Notes under the pieces: generated by a model
What the model was told of the DNA's origin: nothing
What the model saw: only the letters and a program-made list of their open reading frames with translations
Database searches by the model: none
Made by a program: the position numbers and the translations under genes
Part shown: one piece after another, positions 34,388-35,473 of the stretch
How the letters are laid out: every line of letters begins with the position of its first letter
How positions within the stretch are numbered: the stretch's first letter is position 1
Source of the DNA: a virus
Lineage: Duplodnaviria > Caudoviricetes
Length of the DNA stretch: 35,473 bases
Virus record (IMG/VR): IMGVR_UViG_3300042363_000337
Location: 1 to 35,473 of that record
Strand: one strand, 5' to 3'

Positions 34388-35473
34388 TTAGTTTCCGAAG
34401 ACTAGTACGGACGTTTGTGGATAATCTGAAAGAGTAAGCGCCCCCGTACCGTAACCTGTAGAAACACGCACCCCCGTGGTTGTTTGTCCATTTGTGTTGA
34501 TGTTTGCAAAAGCCGCATCAACTGAATTACTCGCTCCTTTTTGAGCGACTACCGTATAGCCTGCATCAGCCATAAGCGTCTGGAACGAAATTTGGTAATC
34601 CCCGGCGCCCAGTTTGGTGATGCTGGAGACGTTGTAGGAGGAGCGGATTCCCAATATGATTACTTGGAAACCAGATGCAGTTCCGTTGCCAGTAATCGTT
34701 TGGTTGCTGGTGGCGGCTCCGTTCAGTAGTCTGATTGCGTATTGGGTTCCGCTGTTTATACCTGTGATTTGAAAACCGCCTGTTGCAACTACAACCCCTC
34801 CAAGGGTTGCGTTTGCGACACCACCGATACTTGGTATTGTGTATATCTGCCCGACCACGGTGGAGGTTGTAGAAGATATATTCCATACGCCAGCAGAAGA
34901 CCCAGATGTGACAACGATTGTTTCGCCAGATACGCGATTTGTCGTTGTACCGATTGCATCTGCACCATTGAAATTCACAAACGCCTTACAAAGCTGAAGC
35001 CTCTCCGTGCTTCCGAGCTTCGCGGCGGTGACGGAGTTGTTAGGAACTGTCGCGGCAATCGTAGCATTTGCAGACCCGTCAAATGAGGCAGTTCCCGTCA
35101 CATCACCAGAGAGGGAAATCGTTCTTGCCGTGGCGAGTCTCGTAGCAGTCGAGGCATTACCCGTAACGGCTCCCGTTACAGGGCCAACAAACGAGGTTGC
35201 CGTCAGGTTGCCAGATGCATCCCATACCGGCCCACCCGTGGAGAGCTTGCCCGGAGTGATGCCACCCGCCAGCATGGTGTTGGTAATCGCACCAGCGGCG
35301 ATACCACCAGATGACTGCGGCACCCAAGCAGGGGTCGCGCCGGCAGAGGAGGCTTGAAGCACATAGGGGGCGGCTCCAGATGCGGTTGCTGTACCAGGGA
35401 TCGTCGTGGCCTCCTGCACAAGCATGGTGAGCTTGTCCAATGCCCTCTCGTGGGTCGTAGCAGGGAACCTATC
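34388..35473 (-). CDS. Tail fibre protein (5' truncated)
   Basis: Frame is open to the window edge (DRFPATTHERALDKLTMLVQE); GNASTATRL..ARTISLSGDVTG shaft; AFVNFNG...YNVSSIT..G.GDY C-terminal domain. Confidence 0.85.
   Translation of the reverse strand, partial: DRFPATTHERALDKLTMLVQEATTIPGTATASGAAPYVLQASSAGATPAWVPQSSGGIAAGAITNTMLAGGITPGKLSTGGPVWDASGNLTATSFVGPVTGAVTGNASTATRLATARTISLSGDVTGTASFDGSANATIAATVPNNSVTAAKLGSTERLQLCKAFVNFNGADAIGTTTNRVSGETIVVTSGSSAGVWNISSTTSTVVGQIYTIPSIGGVANATLGGVVVATGGFQITGINSGTQYAIRLLNGAATSNQTITGNGTASGFQVIILGIRSSYNVSSITKLGAGDYQISFQTLMADAGYTVVAQKGASNSVDAAFANINTNGQTTTGVRVSTGYGTGALTLSDYPQTSVLVFGN

Noticed and set aside
32547-35473. Diversity-generating retroelement targeting the fibres
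   Set aside because: No reverse transcriptase and no TR/VR pair noticed in the window.
1-35473. Stop-codon reassignment
   Set aside because: Core genes are intact in the standard code, and TAA, TAG and TGA all end genes at sensible positions.

Overview
Most of a dsDNA tailed-phage genome with podovirus-type morphogenesis genes; nearly all genes are on the minus strand. In transcription order (right to left): tail fibre/appendage genes, 3-TM holin and M15 endolysin, a MazG-like/metallophosphoesterase/HTH/HExxH block, ribbon-helix-helix regulators, lambda Bet plus a PD-(D/E)XK nuclease, Holliday junction resolvase, replication initiator plus DnaB, small repeat-built genes, TerS/TerL, portal, scaffold, an SSB-like gene, major capsid, tail tubular A/B and three internal virion proteins. 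One internal protein ends in a 3D domain; the last is a >1,490 aa polyvalent protein with an ADP-ribosyltransferase-like domain that runs off the left edge and is missing from the ORF track. No RNA polymerase, DNA polymerase, integrase or CRISPR array is visible. The most unusual content is non-coding: (1) a ~320 bp array of packed, different operator-like palindromes and tandem repeats (12923-13241), possibly a DNA decoy array; (2) an adjacent promoter-driven ~310 nt structured RNA with a tRNA-like T-arm and closing stem (12595-12905); (3) two promoter/hairpin/terminator leaders with loop-loop complementarity (4560-4690, 23742-23889). All protein calls come from motif recognition by eye; no database search or folding program was run.
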